A stretch of DNA of 64,000 nucleotides from Pyrodictiaceae archaeon (GTDB lineage Archaea; Thermoproteota; Thermoprotei_A; Sulfolobales; Pyrodictiaceae): contig JALVSY010000016.1 in the NCBI GenBank assembly GCA_027036135.1, forward strand, positions 128,001-192,000, written 5' to 3'. The position numbers and the translations under genes are program-made. A model generated the notes under the pieces. The model was given only the letters and a program-made list of their open reading frames with translations. It had not been told where the DNA came from and made no database searches. This document shows positions 9,568 through 19,861 of this stretch, in pieces; the stretch's first letter is position 1; each line of letters begins with the position of its first letter.

Positions 9568-10035
9568 ATGCCGAGTAACGCGGAGCTAGCAGCAATCTTA
9601 TCAGGGTTCCTGCCCGGTTATGAACCTAGGTACGCATACATAGTCCTTTCAAGACTACTCGGGAGCACACAAGCACTAGTTATTAGTATAGGTGAGGCAG
9701 TTCTATTAGCAGTCTTGCTCGGCCTTGTAGCCGAGGAGACATGGGAGCTATTGTTGCGCCTCTCTACGCGGATCAAGGCCCTAAGAATCCTTGTGAGACG
9801 CATAGTCTCGGCACAAGAGAAGGCAAGGAACCTAATAGAGCGTTACGGCGTAATTGGTCTCTCTCTCTTCGTAGCAGTTCCTCTCCCTGTCACCGGTATC
9901 TACACGGGCTCTGTAGTAGCTGTGCTACTTGGCCTTAATAAGCGGGCAGCGATACTCTCGCTCGTCCTTGGAGGAGTATCGTCCGTCCTTATAGTGGCTG
10001 TGCTAAGCGAGCTAGGTGGGAGAATAATTGGCTAG
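9568..10035 (+). CDS. Small multi-drug export (COG2426) membrane protein
   Basis: LPGYEPR, YGVIGLSLFVAVPLPVTGIYTG. Confidence 0.85.
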   Translation: MPSNAELAAILSGFLPGYEPRYAYIVLSRLLGSTQALVISIGEAVLLAVLLGLVAEETWELLLRLSTRIKALRILVRRIVSAQEKARNLIERYGVIGLSLFVAVPLPVTGIYTGSVVAVLLGLNKRAAILSLVLGGVSSVLIVAVLSELGGRIIG

Positions 10036-11215
10036 GGCTCCGCTAGGCACTGTAAGGGTACGCGGCGAGGGAGCTAGGCTCGTTGAGAAGAAAGGAGCAC
10101 TAATGATTTACCGTAAGTGGGTTGAGGCCCGGGGCGTTGAGCACGGCGAGCTAGTTGTCGTGGAGAACGAGAGAGGAGAGACTATTGGTTGCGGCTTCTA
10201 TGACGAGGTGGGCCCGGTTGCGCTGAGGCTCGTTGAGACACTTGATTGCTCGTTCGCGTCACCTGAGGAGGCGCTCTATACCCTCTTGGAGAGAAGCTAT
10301 GATGCGAGGAGACGGGCTGGTCTCGTGGGTGCTGAGAAGGGGTATCGCCTAGTACATAGTGATGGCGATTATCTTCCGGGGCTCATAGTTGATGTCTACT
10401 CGGAGCTGGCTGTGACCCAGCTGAGTAGCGCTGTATGGGACAAGTACCGGGACCTCGTAACGAGGCTAGTAGTTGAGGTTACGGGTGCTCGCCATGTGTA
10501 CGAGAAGAGTGTGCAGCGTACCCGGCTAGACATAGGGCTTAAGCCCTTCGAGAAACTACTCTACGGCGACAAGACGACCACAGTTATACGGGAGGGCGAT
10601 TCAGTCTTCTTCGTAGATGCTAGGCATGGCCAGAAGACTGGGTTCTTCTTGGACCAGAGAATGAACAGACTAGATTTTGGGCGGCTCGCGAAGGGCCGTG
10701 TGCTTGACCTCTTTAGCTATACTGGTGGCTTTGGCATACATGCTCTTGTAGCAGGAGCCGAGAGAGCCGTCTTCGTGGAAGAGGACGAGAATGCGATAAG
10801 GATTCTCAGAAAGAACCTCGAAATAAACAGGGTAGCGGATCGCGCACAGATAGTTAATGAGAACGTGTGGGGCTTCCTGGGAAGAAAGCACGGAGAACTA
10901 TACGACGCCGTGGCTGTTGATCCGCCCGCCTTTATCCCGCACCCAGGAGCATATGTACAGGGCTCGAGGGCTTATAGGAAGCTCTATTCCAGAGCCCTTA
11001 GGCTGGCTAGTAGCGGTGGCCTAGTATTCCTAAGTAGCTGTAGTGCCCACTTACCGAGACAAGACTTCGCCTCAATCGTTGCCGAGGCATTCCAGTTAGC
11101 AGGCAAGGACTACCTGCCCCTCGGAGATATTAGAGGGATGCCACCGGATCACCCGGTTAGGCCCGTTGCGCCGCACTTATCGTACCTCAAGGCCTTCTTC
11201 GCCATAGCGTACTAG
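10028..11215 (+). CDS. Class I SAM-dependent rRNA m5C methyltransferase (RlmI/YccW-like, PUA domain)
   Basis: SDGDYLPGLIVD, GQKTGFFLDQR, LDLFSYTGGF, DPPAF, SSCS, YLK. Confidence 0.9.
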   Translation: MARAPLGTVRVRGEGARLVEKKGALMIYRKWVEARGVEHGELVVVENERGETIGCGFYDEVGPVALRLVETLDCSFASPEEALYTLLERSYDARRRAGLVGAEKGYRLVHSDGDYLPGLIVDVYSELAVTQLSSAVWDKYRDLVTRLVVEVTGARHVYEKSVQRTRLDIGLKPFEKLLYGDKTTTVIREGDSVFFVDARHGQKTGFFLDQRMNRLDFGRLAKGRVLDLFSYTGGFGIHALVAGAERAVFVEEDENAIRILRKNLEINRVADRAQIVNENVWGFLGRKHGELYDAVAVDPPAFIPHPGAYVQGSRAYRKLYSRALRLASSGGLVFLSSCSAHLPRQDFASIVAEAFQLAGKDYLPLGDIRGMPPDHPVRPVAPHLSYLKAFFAIAY

Positions 11216-11302
11216 GGGATAGATGTCCTCCCGGAGGAGCAGGGGCGCTTATGTAGTATGACTCGTGGCTAGTTGTTCTCTGGGAGTAGGTGGCGAGTCC
11301 AA

Positions 11303-12868
11303 TTGCCCCTCGTCATTAAGGATGTAGGCGAGGAAGTAGGTATTGTTCTTAGCAATGCTACCTCGTCTATAGCCCCAATAGCGCTTCGGCGCGACAAGGA
11401 GCTAGCTGTCCGTGAGGAAGACCTAGTGCTTATCGAGGACGCTAACATAGGGGAAGGCTACTACATGTTAGGCGTTGTTAGATGGCTAACTCGCTACGAG
11501 CCCTTCCTGCGCAGGAGTACCCATAACGTCTACATAGAGCACCCTGAGGCCCTAACCTCTGAAGTAGTCATGCCGTTCTCTAACGCTTTTGTGGAAATCT
11601 ATGGAGCGGTTTGTGATGGTTCAAGTATCTGTGGCGGCAGGGGCTTTGTGAGCAACGTTTACCCGCCTACCCCTGGGAGCAAGGTCTATAGAGTGGTTAA
11701 TGCCGAGCACTTATCCAGCTACTTGACGGTTTCATCACCCATTAGTGTTGGCGTGCACAAGTATAGTGGCTGGAGACTGCCCCTTGACTCTGCCTGGCTT
11801 AATTACCACGTAGGAGTCTTCGGCGCCACGGGTACTGGTAAGAGCAGACTAGTCCTACGACTCTTATCCGAGATAATCCGGGCAGGTTATAACCTAATAG
11901 TGTTCGACCACAATGGTGTGGACTATGCACCCTTCGCGCAGAGACTTGGAGGCGAGGTAATTGATGCTTCTAGTATACGCATTGAGCCGCGCATATTCTC
12001 TTCAATAGTAGCAAGGCTAGTTGATGTACAGGGTATGCAACGCGACGTTGTAGAAGTTGCAGCGCTCTGCTACTCTATGAAAGTCTATAGGGACAACGGG
12101 GACAAGTACAATAAGTACTCGCTAAACGAGTGCAACAACTTCATAGGTCCGCCACGCGGCGCGACACTGACAAAGAGACAAACAAACAATAGGGAGGAGA
12201 GGAGCCCCAAGGACGAGTTCCTCTACGTGCTTGAGCGTGCCACACGGTTCCTCTATACCCGTGGAAGCGATGCTGCTCTTGTAAAGCTCAGGCTCTTAAC
12301 AAGGCTAAACGTACCTAGCCGTGTATTTGATAAGCTCCGTGAACGCGTACTAGAGCCCGAGGACATAGTCGCCAGGGCTCTAGAAAAGCACCTAGTAATC
12401 ATTGATATGAGTATAGAGCAGGACATAGAGGTAAAGAGGGGGATAATCGCCTCCATTGCTGAGGCTGTGTGGGGCCATATAGCGCAGCGGGGGGAGGCCC
12501 GGATAGGCATAGTGGTTGACGAGGCGCAGAACTATGCCTGCGAATACTGCGGTGAGTCGGCAAAAGCTCTTGAGACCGTTGCGCGGGAGGGAAGGAAGTG
12601 GAAATACTTTCTTATAGTGGCTAGTCAGCGTGTTAGCCGCGACATAAGGCCAGGTATAAGGAGCAACCTAGGTACTGTGTTCTTCTCAAAGCTACAAGCA
12701 ACCGGTGATCTCCAAGAACTCTCAGGCTACCTAGACCTAGGAAGGGTGTCCGAAGCAAATCTCGCGATGCTTAGACGTAGAGAATTCTACGCAGCGGGTC
12801 TAATGAACCCGCTTAGGAGACCCATGCTACTAGTAGTAGATGATATTAGCTCTCTGGTATCGAAATAA
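11303..12868 (+). CDS. HerA/DUF87-family ATPase (second paralog); TTG start after AGGTGG
   Basis: YHVGVFGATGTGKS, FDHNGVDY, VVDEAQNY, EGRKW, SQRVS; N-terminal HAS-barrel-like region. Confidence 0.85.
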   Translation: MPLVIKDVGEEVGIVLSNATSSIAPIALRRDKELAVREEDLVLIEDANIGEGYYMLGVVRWLTRYEPFLRRSTHNVYIEHPEALTSEVVMPFSNAFVEIYGAVCDGSSICGGRGFVSNVYPPTPGSKVYRVVNAEHLSSYLTVSSPISVGVHKYSGWRLPLDSAWLNYHVGVFGATGTGKSRLVLRLLSEIIRAGYNLIVFDHNGVDYAPFAQRLGGEVIDASSIRIEPRIFSSIVARLVDVQGMQRDVVEVAALCYSMKVYRDNGDKYNKYSLNECNNFIGPPRGATLTKRQTNNREERSPKDEFLYVLERATRFLYTRGSDAALVKLRLLTRLNVPSRVFDKLRERVLEPEDIVARALEKHLVIIDMSIEQDIEVKRGIIASIAEAVWGHIAQRGEARIGIVVDEAQNYACEYCGESAKALETVAREGRKWKYFLIVASQRVSRDIRPGIRSNLGTVFFSKLQATGDLQELSGYLDLGRVSEANLAMLRRREFYAAGLMNPLRRPMLLVVDDISSLVSK

Positions 12869-12899
12869 AATGTGGCTTGAGTCCCTATAGCATGATAAT

Positions 12900-14105
12900 T
12901 TAGCGTTTTCTTCTTTCATAGATATACCTCTTCTCTGGATTAGTATGGCTCATTACGATTACGTGTTCTCCTCGGAGCCCTTCTTCTCGGAGCATATCAA
13001 CCAGGTGCTTGATTACTCTACGACGTACCAGTTCTAGCATGTATGACTCAAGTCTGACATAGCTATCTATGAGGTCTATTGGGTAAGGAAAACCTGTAGC
13101 TGGGTTTGTGAGCATGGATAGTATGGAGAGTATTCGCTCCATGCCGAGCCCACCGTAGTCTAATACCTCGACGCGAATGGCTTGCCGAGGGCCTTGGCGC
13201 GGTTTATAGAACGCTACCACTATATTGCCGTACTCTGGCCTCTTTTCTAACAGCTCCTTGACACCCTCTACATAGCCCTTTACGTTCTTTCCTCTCTTCT
13301 TCCTATCCTCGGCTATTATCTCGGCATACTTGGGCACGAGCTCTGAGAACCTTCCCAGCACCACATAGTTTCCGGGCTTAAGAACTATGCTCATCACTGC
13401 TTTATCGTTAAGGGGCAAGGACTCGCCATTGTTTAGGACTCTTAGGAGCCTAGAGTAGCTCCGCTTCACTACCCCAACAAGCGTTATTTTCTGTTCCCTA
13501 GCCCGCTCAAGGACACTTATAGTAGCCTTATCTAGTCTACTTAGCACCCTGCTCTTCTCGATGCTTTTCCAGGGCCGGAACAATAGCTTGTAGGGTACTA
13601 GCTCGCCGTCAAAGAGGATCATGCGTGGCCTTAGTTTTCCCTCAGCGTGTTTTCTCAGAACCCTCATAGCAATCTTTTTCTCGAGTATCTTAGCGTAGAG
13701 CGGTATACGATTCCTCATCTCCTCGTCATCCGCGAAGAGAATCTCGACAAGAGACTCTACTGGCTTCTCATCTCCTTGGGCTACGCCGCCATAGCCTATA
13801 TAGCCAGCGATGATAGCGGCTAAGTGTCCCCCGACAAGATCTACTCCCCCATCCATTGGGAAAGTAGAGTCAATAGCCACCCCTGGCAAAGGCTTATCAT
13901 AGCCAAGTACACCCCACTCAAGCTTATCAAGGATCTTCATCACTTTGTCAAAGTTGTCTCGGAACTCAATAATCCTCCCAGCAATTCTCTCAGCAAGCCT
14001 TCTGGTCTCCTCAAGCATACTTTGTACAGCGGGCGTAAACTCAACTAGCTCAGTCTCCTCATCTAGTAGTCCAAACCTACGAAGAATATCTTCCTCGCTC
14101 TCCAT
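12900..14105 (-). CDS. NurA-domain nuclease
   Basis: GVAIDST, LFDGEL, VGVVKR, GFPYPIDLID motifs; start taken at the ATG of MESEE. Confidence 0.8.
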   Translation of the reverse strand: MESEEDILRRFGLLDEETELVEFTPAVQSMLEETRRLAERIAGRIIEFRDNFDKVMKILDKLEWGVLGYDKPLPGVAIDSTFPMDGGVDLVGGHLAAIIAGYIGYGGVAQGDEKPVESLVEILFADDEEMRNRIPLYAKILEKKIAMRVLRKHAEGKLRPRMILFDGELVPYKLLFRPWKSIEKSRVLSRLDKATISVLERAREQKITLVGVVKRSYSRLLRVLNNGESLPLNDKAVMSIVLKPGNYVVLGRFSELVPKYAEIIAEDRKKRGKNVKGYVEGVKELLEKRPEYGNIVVAFYKPRQGPRQAIRVEVLDYGGLGMERILSILSMLTNPATGFPYPIDLIDSYVRLESYMLELVRRRVIKHLVDMLREEGLRGEHVIVMSHTNPEKRYIYERRKR

Positions 14106-14314
14106 TACTACTCTTCCTCGTAATAACTGGGAACCCCCAGGCAAGGAATATGGTAACGTACTACCTTGTATCACTTGCTATAGTAGGTGCAGCGTAAACT
14201 CGGTTGCTAGGTTTCACCGTCATAATACTACATTAGGTTTCGTAAGGACTACGAGTGTCCTTGATAATTTTTTAAGCTGGTATCTGTGAGTAGTGGCAAA
14301 GAGGGGGTATTGCG

Positions 14315-14488
14315 ATGGCCGGCGTACGTGACCCTGAGATAATGAAGATAGTGTACAACCGTGTACTCAACAAACTAGTCTGTAGGAAGTGTGGTGCGCT
14401 TAACCCTCCTGGTGCGAAGAAGTGTAGGCGCTGTAAGAGCAAGAACTTGAGACCCAAGAGAGCGTTCATAGGCATGAAGAAGGGCTAG
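14315..14488 (+). CDS. rpl40e: 50S ribosomal protein L40e (not in ORF track)
   Basis: [48 protein letters not shown]. Confidence 0.95.
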   Translation: MAGVRDPEIMKIVYNRVLNKLVCRKCGALNPPGAKKCRRCKSKNLRPKRAFIGMKKG

Positions 14489-14508
14489 TGCTTTTCTCTG
14501 AACCATTG

Positions 14509-14928
14509 TTATTCTTTCTCCTCTACCCTGCTTAGTATTCTCCTAGCTCCATCGAGGGCGTATAGGACTAGTTCTCTCAATTGTAGCGCGTTATCAACGC
14601 ATTCTGCTGGTACATCGTAGACGACTGTTAGGAAGCCATCATAGTCGAGGGCATACTTGTAGGTGGTGCTTGTGAAATTTTCGCGGAGTATGCTACCTAG
14701 TGCTTCCTGGTAAGGCTCAACATCTAGCGGTATCGCTATGCGGAGCGTCTTCGTATCTTGCTCCACGCTGAATACTATGCCTAGCCTACCATGTTTCGGA
14801 TCCTCGTACTCAGCTACTAGCATACCCTCCATTCTCCTATAGGTGAGACCGAGTGCTCTTATCATCGATTCTAGCTCTGAGAGGTCGGAAACCATTCCAC
14901 CAGCCCCTCTACATTCTAACCTAGTCAA
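14509..14928 (-). CDS. YbjN/CesT-like chaperone-fold protein
   Basis: ILRENFTSTTYKYALDYDGFLTVVYD resembles the YbjN family. Confidence 0.5.
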   Translation of the reverse strand: MTRLECRGAGGMVSDLSELESMIRALGLTYRRMEGMLVAEYEDPKHGRLGIVFSVEQDTKTLRIAIPLDVEPYQEALGSILRENFTSTTYKYALDYDGFLTVVYDVPAECVDNALQLRELVLYALDGARRILSRVEEKE

Positions 14929-14940
14929 GTTCTCCCAGGC

Positions 14941-15987
14941 CTAGGCTATGGGTTGTGGTTCTAGTCCTCGCTTCCTTAGCATCTCCTCAACTACTTTTAT
15001 GGCTTCACTGAGTGCACGCTCAAGCGGGGCATGAGTGCTCATTGCCGCTGCCTGGGAATGTCCGCCGCCTCCGCCACCTAGTCTCTTAGCGAGTTCCTCC
15101 ATGATATCACGGCCTAGGTGTATACCGTGCTTTTCCTCAACCTCTCTCCGGGCTCTCGCTACTACTCTCGTCTCGGAGCCGTGCTCGGAGACTATTATCG
15201 CTATATCCGCTCCTAGGTCTAGTAGTGCTCGGGCCGCACTGGCTTCATAGGCACCTACATGGGTTATCGCTACTATTAGTTCACCTGCCCTCATTAGGTG
15301 CATTCTCTTTGCTGCCTTGAGCCTTGCTATTCTCTGCGAGATATCTGGTGGAGGCGACTGCAGCGCCTTCAGTACAAGGCCTAGGTCTGCTCCCTCATCA
15401 ATCATGTCTGCTGCAACTCTTAGTACACGGGGAGTTGATAGAAGAAAATGCCTCGTATCATACACTATTCCCGCAAGAAGCATCTCTAGCTCCTTCTTCT
15501 CTAGCTTTTCGCCCAGCCCTTCCCTAATTAGTAGGTAGACGAGCTCGCACGTAGAGCGGGCACCCGGGTCATATATCGCTAGCTCGGCGTCAGCAACAAT
15601 GCTATTAGAGCCGTGGTGGTCAATAACTATCTTCGTGACTTCCTTCGCGAAACTAGCTAAACGGCCAAGCTGTTCATAGGAAGCTGTATCAACTATAATA
15701 ACTAGCGCCGATTCCCTCGGCGCCTCGTCTTCGAGCTCACCAGGCTCTATGCCTAAGAGCTCCCTAGTAATCCTCTTAGATACCTGGTTCATTCCTTCTG
15801 GAAGCAACAGTCTTGCATCAAAGCCCCCTCTCCGAAGAACGTTGCGCACCACGTAGACCGCGCCAACTGCATCGGGGTCAGCGTTACGATGAGCAGTCAC
15901 GACTATGGGGGTACCAGCTTCCTCTACGAACTCAATTAGTCTCTTCGCCGCCTCTCTTAACTCCCCTTTCTCTGAGTCTTTTCGCAA
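14941..15987 (-). CDS. DHH/DHHA1 family phosphoesterase
   Basis: HRNADPDA, IVDT, IDHH, GIVYDT, GGGGGH. Confidence 0.92.
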   Translation of the reverse strand: MRKDSEKGELREAAKRLIEFVEEAGTPIVVTAHRNADPDAVGAVYVVRNVLRRGGFDARLLLPEGMNQVSKRITRELLGIEPGELEDEAPRESALVIIVDTASYEQLGRLASFAKEVTKIVIDHHGSNSIVADAELAIYDPGARSTCELVYLLIREGLGEKLEKKELEMLLAGIVYDTRHFLLSTPRVLRVAADMIDEGADLGLVLKALQSPPPDISQRIARLKAAKRMHLMRAGELIVAITHVGAYEASAARALLDLGADIAIIVSEHGSETRVVARARREVEEKHGIHLGRDIMEELAKRLGGGGGGHSQAAAMSTHAPLERALSEAIKVVEEMLRKRGLEPQPIA

Positions 15988-16264
15988 GCCATGTCACCGC
16001 TTCATTTATTGCCTCCGCTATTATCTCGTCATAGGATAGAGGGGCTATAACGCGCCCAGTTGCCTTGACATCAACCGCTAGGTCAAGTTCCCTTCCCTGC
16101 TTTTTTAGATCAGCGGTAATGGTTATCTCTAGCTCGTCGAGCCTCCTCTTTACACGGTTCTCGATCTCTCTTCGTATATGCTTCTCGAGCTCTACTAGTA
16201 TTTCCTCAAGCTCGTCCTCGCTGAGAGGGCTGCGCTCAAGCCCAACACTGATAGTCTTTGGCAA
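15932..16264 (-). CDS. DUF3194-like protein
   Basis: Size and conserved position between pfdB and the DHH gene. Confidence 0.6.
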   Translation of the reverse strand: MPKTISVGLERSPLSEDELEEILVELEKHIRREIENRVKRRLDELEITITADLKKQGRELDLAVDVKATGRVIAPLSYDEIIAEAINEAVTWLAKRLRERGVKRGGEETN

Positions 16265-16399
16265 AGCCTAGCTATCCCCCGTAAGGAGTACGGAATCCGA
16301 CTATGTACTGTCTGTATGTAAAAACAGGAGGACAAGGCTCTCCTATATCACTACTCTAGAGAGACAAGAAATAGGGAATGCCTTGGCCACTTGCTGTTC

Positions 16400-16771
16400 T
16401 TAGCCTGCCCCCTGCTTACCTAGTGTCGTCTTTGTCTGTAGCTCCCGGATCTCCCTGGCTAGCTGGTCTAGTTGTTTCTTAACCTCCTCCTCTTGTTTCT
16501 TGAGCTTCTGGAGCCTTATCTCGAGTATCTCGAGCTTGTCCTTGAGCTCTTGGACTAGTTTCTCCTTGTCAACCCTAACCAGGATACCAGCCTGCATCTT
16601 ATAGACTGGCGCATCGCTACCAGCCTCTTCTAGGAGCTTTAAAACCCGCTGCGTCTCAGCTATCTCTGCCTCAACAGCTGCTCTCTCCTGTGCCAGCCTA
16701 GTATACTGCGCTTGTAGGCCTTGGAACCTCGTAAGCTTATTCTCTATCTCCGGGGGAAGCCTCTGAGCCAT
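16400..16771 (-). CDS. pfdB: Prefoldin beta subunit
   Basis: QRLPPE, VYKMQAGILVR, coiled coils. Confidence 0.92.
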   Translation of the reverse strand: MAQRLPPEIENKLTRFQGLQAQYTRLAQERAAVEAEIAETQRVLKLLEEAGSDAPVYKMQAGILVRVDKEKLVQELKDKLEILEIRLQKLKKQEEEVKKQLDQLAREIRELQTKTTLGKQGAG

Positions 16772-17021
16772 GGAGTCCTCCACCTACTGCTCTAACCGCT
16801 TCAAGGGTTGTAGCTGCTAGGCCAAGATAAGCGTTTATCAAAGTCCTTGCCGCTGATAAGTCGCGGGCCCGGATAAGTATCTCTACCCGGTTGTCGCTAA
16901 CAAGTATCTCTACACTACCCCGGTGAGGATCAGGCGGGTTACGAGCCTCAACACCAAGCGCCTGGTTAAGGGCCCTTACCTCGCGCTGGCTCAACCCTTC
17001 TAGCCTTATACGTGCTAAAAC
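16737..17021 (-). CDS. pcc1: KEOPS complex subunit Pcc1 (start approximate)
   Basis: IRARDLSAARTLINAYL; conserved position next to pfdB. Confidence 0.75.
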   Translation of the reverse strand, partial: VLARIRLEGLSQREVRALNQALGVEARNPPDPHRGSVEILVSDNRVEILIRARDLSAARTLINAYLGLAATTLEAVRAVGGGLHGSEASPGDRE

Positions 17022-17610
17022 CCGATACAAGGTCCTCAACACCCACGATGCGCAGAGTAGGCCCGCATACTCTTCCACTACCAGTGCATAGAAACGTTAC
17101 CTCCGCCAAGCCCTCGCTAAAGGGCCTAATAACCGCCACCACATCCACACTATCATCGTCACGAGAGAGAACAATTTTGCCAAGAAATACACGGGTCAAC
17201 GTATCCGCTAAGCTAAATAACGTACTAGAAGGGGGAGCATCCAAGAAGACACCGAGGCTTCTTGCACCAAAAGCTCTCTGAGCCCCTGGCGTCTCACGTG
17301 AGAGCTTTACACCCTTCATTACTATTCGTGCTATAAGCCCGAGCCTTGTATCAGGCGGTTCAAGGGGCTCATATACGCGTAGAGAACCTGGGTTACCCTT
17401 CCATACACTAACAATTATTACTCTCTTGGCGCCCCGTGCAATAGCCTCGTAGTAGAGCTCCTCTAGCGTAGCCTTACCCCGTGTTAGCTTCACCGCGTTA
17501 GGGAGCACAGAGACTAGGTCCTTAACGAAGCTGCGAACTCTCTGTGAGGGCCTATGAGAGGTCGTAACAAGGATACTTACACGCTGTGCCACTAATTGTT
17601 CACCACTCAA
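16966..17610 (-). CDS. Brix/Imp4-domain ribosome biogenesis protein
   Basis: TTSHRPSQRVRSFVKDL, RGK, WKGNP. Confidence 0.9.
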   Translation of the reverse strand: MSGEQLVAQRVSILVTTSHRPSQRVRSFVKDLVSVLPNAVKLTRGKATLEELYYEAIARGAKRVIIVSVWKGNPGSLRVYEPLEPPDTRLGLIARIVMKGVKLSRETPGAQRAFGARSLGVFLDAPPSSTLFSLADTLTRVFLGKIVLSRDDDSVDVVAVIRPFSEGLAEVTFLCTGSGRVCGPTLRIVGVEDLVSGFSTYKARRVEPARGKGP

Positions 17611-17735
17611 TCAGAGGCCAAGGCTATATAGAAGCCGTGAAGAGGCGATAAAGCAGGCCTAACTAATTACAACAATGCCTGGTACAAAACCCGGTCAAGA
17701 ATATAGGTAGAAGCACTAGCTAAGCCAGCACTCTC

Positions 17736-18002
17736 TTAGTCTCTACGTACTATTATGCGTGGGAAGTGCTTACTAAGCCCCGTCCTAGGCACATAGGCGC
17801 CTCCAGCCCACACTGCCCCACACTTAGTGCACATCCATAGCCCGGTACTGATTCTCTTAACGTGGCCGCGAGTACCACAGAATGGACACTCGTGGTCAGC
17901 GTATCTCCTCTCCATTACCTCTTTCCATCTCTTACGGAGCGTGGCGCCGTATCTGGGCCCGAAGCGGCCAGCTATCCCGACAGCCCTTGTTCGGCGAGCC
18001 AT
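17736..18002 (-). CDS. rpl37ae: 50S ribosomal protein L37ae
   Basis: AGRFGPRYG, CPFC...WMCTKC, GGAYVP. Confidence 0.97.
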   Translation of the reverse strand: MARRTRAVGIAGRFGPRYGATLRKRWKEVMERRYADHECPFCGTRGHVKRISTGLWMCTKCGAVWAGGAYVPRTGLSKHFPRIIVRRD

Positions 18003-18092
18003 ACCCTTGTCCCCGGAGCACTCCTCTGTTGAAGGGGGTTATTATTTAAGACTAGTTCTAGTCTCTTCTTATTCCCGGTCTGTTATGTCGAT

Positions 18093-19094
18093 TTACTCTG
18101 GTTCCTTGCCTTCCTCTTCTTCTACAACTGTCTCCTCTACTACCTCGGGTTGCTCTATGGTCTCGGCTTCTAGGTGCTCACGCCTCGGCGCTGGCTGCGG
18201 GGGAGCGGTCTCCTCAGCCTTCTCCTGCTTTGATAGTTCTTCCTCGAGCCTAGCCCTATACGGCACAACTACTTCTTCGAGCTTGCTGAGATAGGTCTTG
18301 GCCTTATTGAGGGCTATGGAGACCGCTGTTAGCACCTCCTTGTAGTCTAGGCTACCCATACCAGTCTTCTGCATACCAGCAATCAGGCCATCGTCTGATA
18401 CAGCTACTACTAGCCTCGTATCCGCTACCTGCTCCTCCTCATACGTGGGATCTACTAGTAGCTTGCCAGAGATCTTTGCTAGGGTAACCGAGACTACCTT
18501 GTGATTTATCGGTAGCATCATTGTGTACCTTGTTCTATCAACCCTGTAGCCGTCCTCCATCTTGACCGGCGTTGGCAGCCTTGTGACGAGGAGAGCAGCC
18601 ATACTCCCGAGCATTGAGGCGTCGAAGAGGTTACCGTCATGGTTGAGCACGTATATGTCGACGAATACTCGCCAGACATGCTTCCCCGGCTCAAGCACTA
18701 GCTTGTCCAGAGCAACTGCTCTTATCTCTCGCAGGCTCCGGTCAATAACCCTTGCAAGCTCTATTGCGTTCTCATCCGGTGGACCTGGCTCGAAAGTAGG
18801 TGATGCCAATGGAACGAACTCTGCGTGGACAACGAGCACGCCTTCATTAGGGGTGTCGGGGAACGGTGCGACTATGTCTGTCTTAACGCCTACTAACACA
18901 ACAGTGTGACCTAGGCGGACGAGCGCCGAGCCCTCGGCCTTCTCAACGTAGCCCGGTACTATCTCTATGTTCCTTATCTCGTCTAGCCGCCTCCCATCTA
19001 GCCTTACTCCACGAGCCAGTAGGGTCTCCATAGTATAGCGCTTAAGCTTAGGCATAACTGGTTGAAACGAGGGAGTAATGCTCATGGCTATCAA
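18093..19094 (-). CDS. rrp42: Exosome complex component Rrp42 with acidic C-terminal tail
   Basis: [33 protein letters not shown]. Confidence 0.95.
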   Translation of the reverse strand: MIAMSITPSFQPVMPKLKRYTMETLLARGVRLDGRRLDEIRNIEIVPGYVEKAEGSALVRLGHTVVLVGVKTDIVAPFPDTPNEGVLVVHAEFVPLASPTFEPGPPDENAIELARVIDRSLREIRAVALDKLVLEPGKHVWRVFVDIYVLNHDGNLFDASMLGSMAALLVTRLPTPVKMEDGYRVDRTRYTMMLPINHKVVSVTLAKISGKLLVDPTYEEEQVADTRLVVAVSDDGLIAGMQKTGMGSLDYKEVLTAVSIALNKAKTYLSKLEEVVVPYRARLEEELSKQEKAEETAPPQPAPRREHLEAETIEQPEVVEETVVEEEEGKEPE

Positions 19095-19858
19095 CCCGTA
19101 GTAGATGTTTCAACCTCTACATACTTTTTACGAAGAGCCTCTTTTTGCAGCTTGTAAATCTCGAGAATGCCCCTACGCGCGAGCTCAAGGGCATTGATAA
19201 ACTCATCGTGTGTAAGAACACCGTTGAGCTGGAGCAACAAGACCTTGTCAAGGCTAGGCGCCATTGCTACCGGCATATCAGCCTCGGCATAGTTGTCCTC
19301 AACCTCGTTTATATCCAGCACGAGGACGCCATCAACTTTGCCGACGGCTACGCCTGCAACAAGATCCCTCATAGCGATACCCGCATCGGCTAGAGCAAGG
19401 CTAGCAGCAGTAATGGCGGCTGTCCTTGTACCGCCGTCTGATTGGAGAACCTCCATATAGACGTCTATCGATGTACGTGGATACATCTCTGTCAACACTA
19501 CGGACTCCAGCGCTTCCCTAATAACCTTCGATAACTCCACCTCCCTCCTAGTAGGCGCTGGTGTCTTCCTCTCCTCGGTAGAGAAGGGCGCCATGTGGTA
19601 TCTGCAGCGAATAATAGCTCTATCAGGTAGGGCTACGTGGCGTGGAACAGCTTCTCTCGGGCCATACACCGCTGCGAGAACCCTGGTAGCACCATACTCT
19701 ACTAGCGCAGAGCCGTCAGCGTTGCCGAGCACGCCTACCTCTATCCTTATGGGTCTTAGCTGCTCCGGCAGTCTACCGTCTATCCTGACAGCCACCTTCT
19801 CGCCGTTTCTCTCCTCCCATCGAATGAGCGTGGGTTTCTCCGCTCCAGTACCACCCAT
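19091..19858 (-). CDS. rrp41: Exosome complex exonuclease Rrp41
   Basis: [24 protein letters not shown]. Confidence 0.97.
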   Translation of the reverse strand: MGGTGAEKPTLIRWEERNGEKVAVRIDGRLPEQLRPIRIEVGVLGNADGSALVEYGATRVLAAVYGPREAVPRHVALPDRAIIRCRYHMAPFSTEERKTPAPTRREVELSKVIREALESVVLTEMYPRTSIDVYMEVLQSDGGTRTAAITAASLALADAGIAMRDLVAGVAVGKVDGVLVLDINEVEDNYAEADMPVAMAPSLDKVLLLQLNGVLTHDEFINALELARRGILEIYKLQKEALRKKYVEVETSTTG

Positions 19859-19861
19859 TGC

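Noticed and set aside
14272-14475. Minus-strand 67 aa ORF
   Set aside because: Shadow of rpl40e on the plus strand
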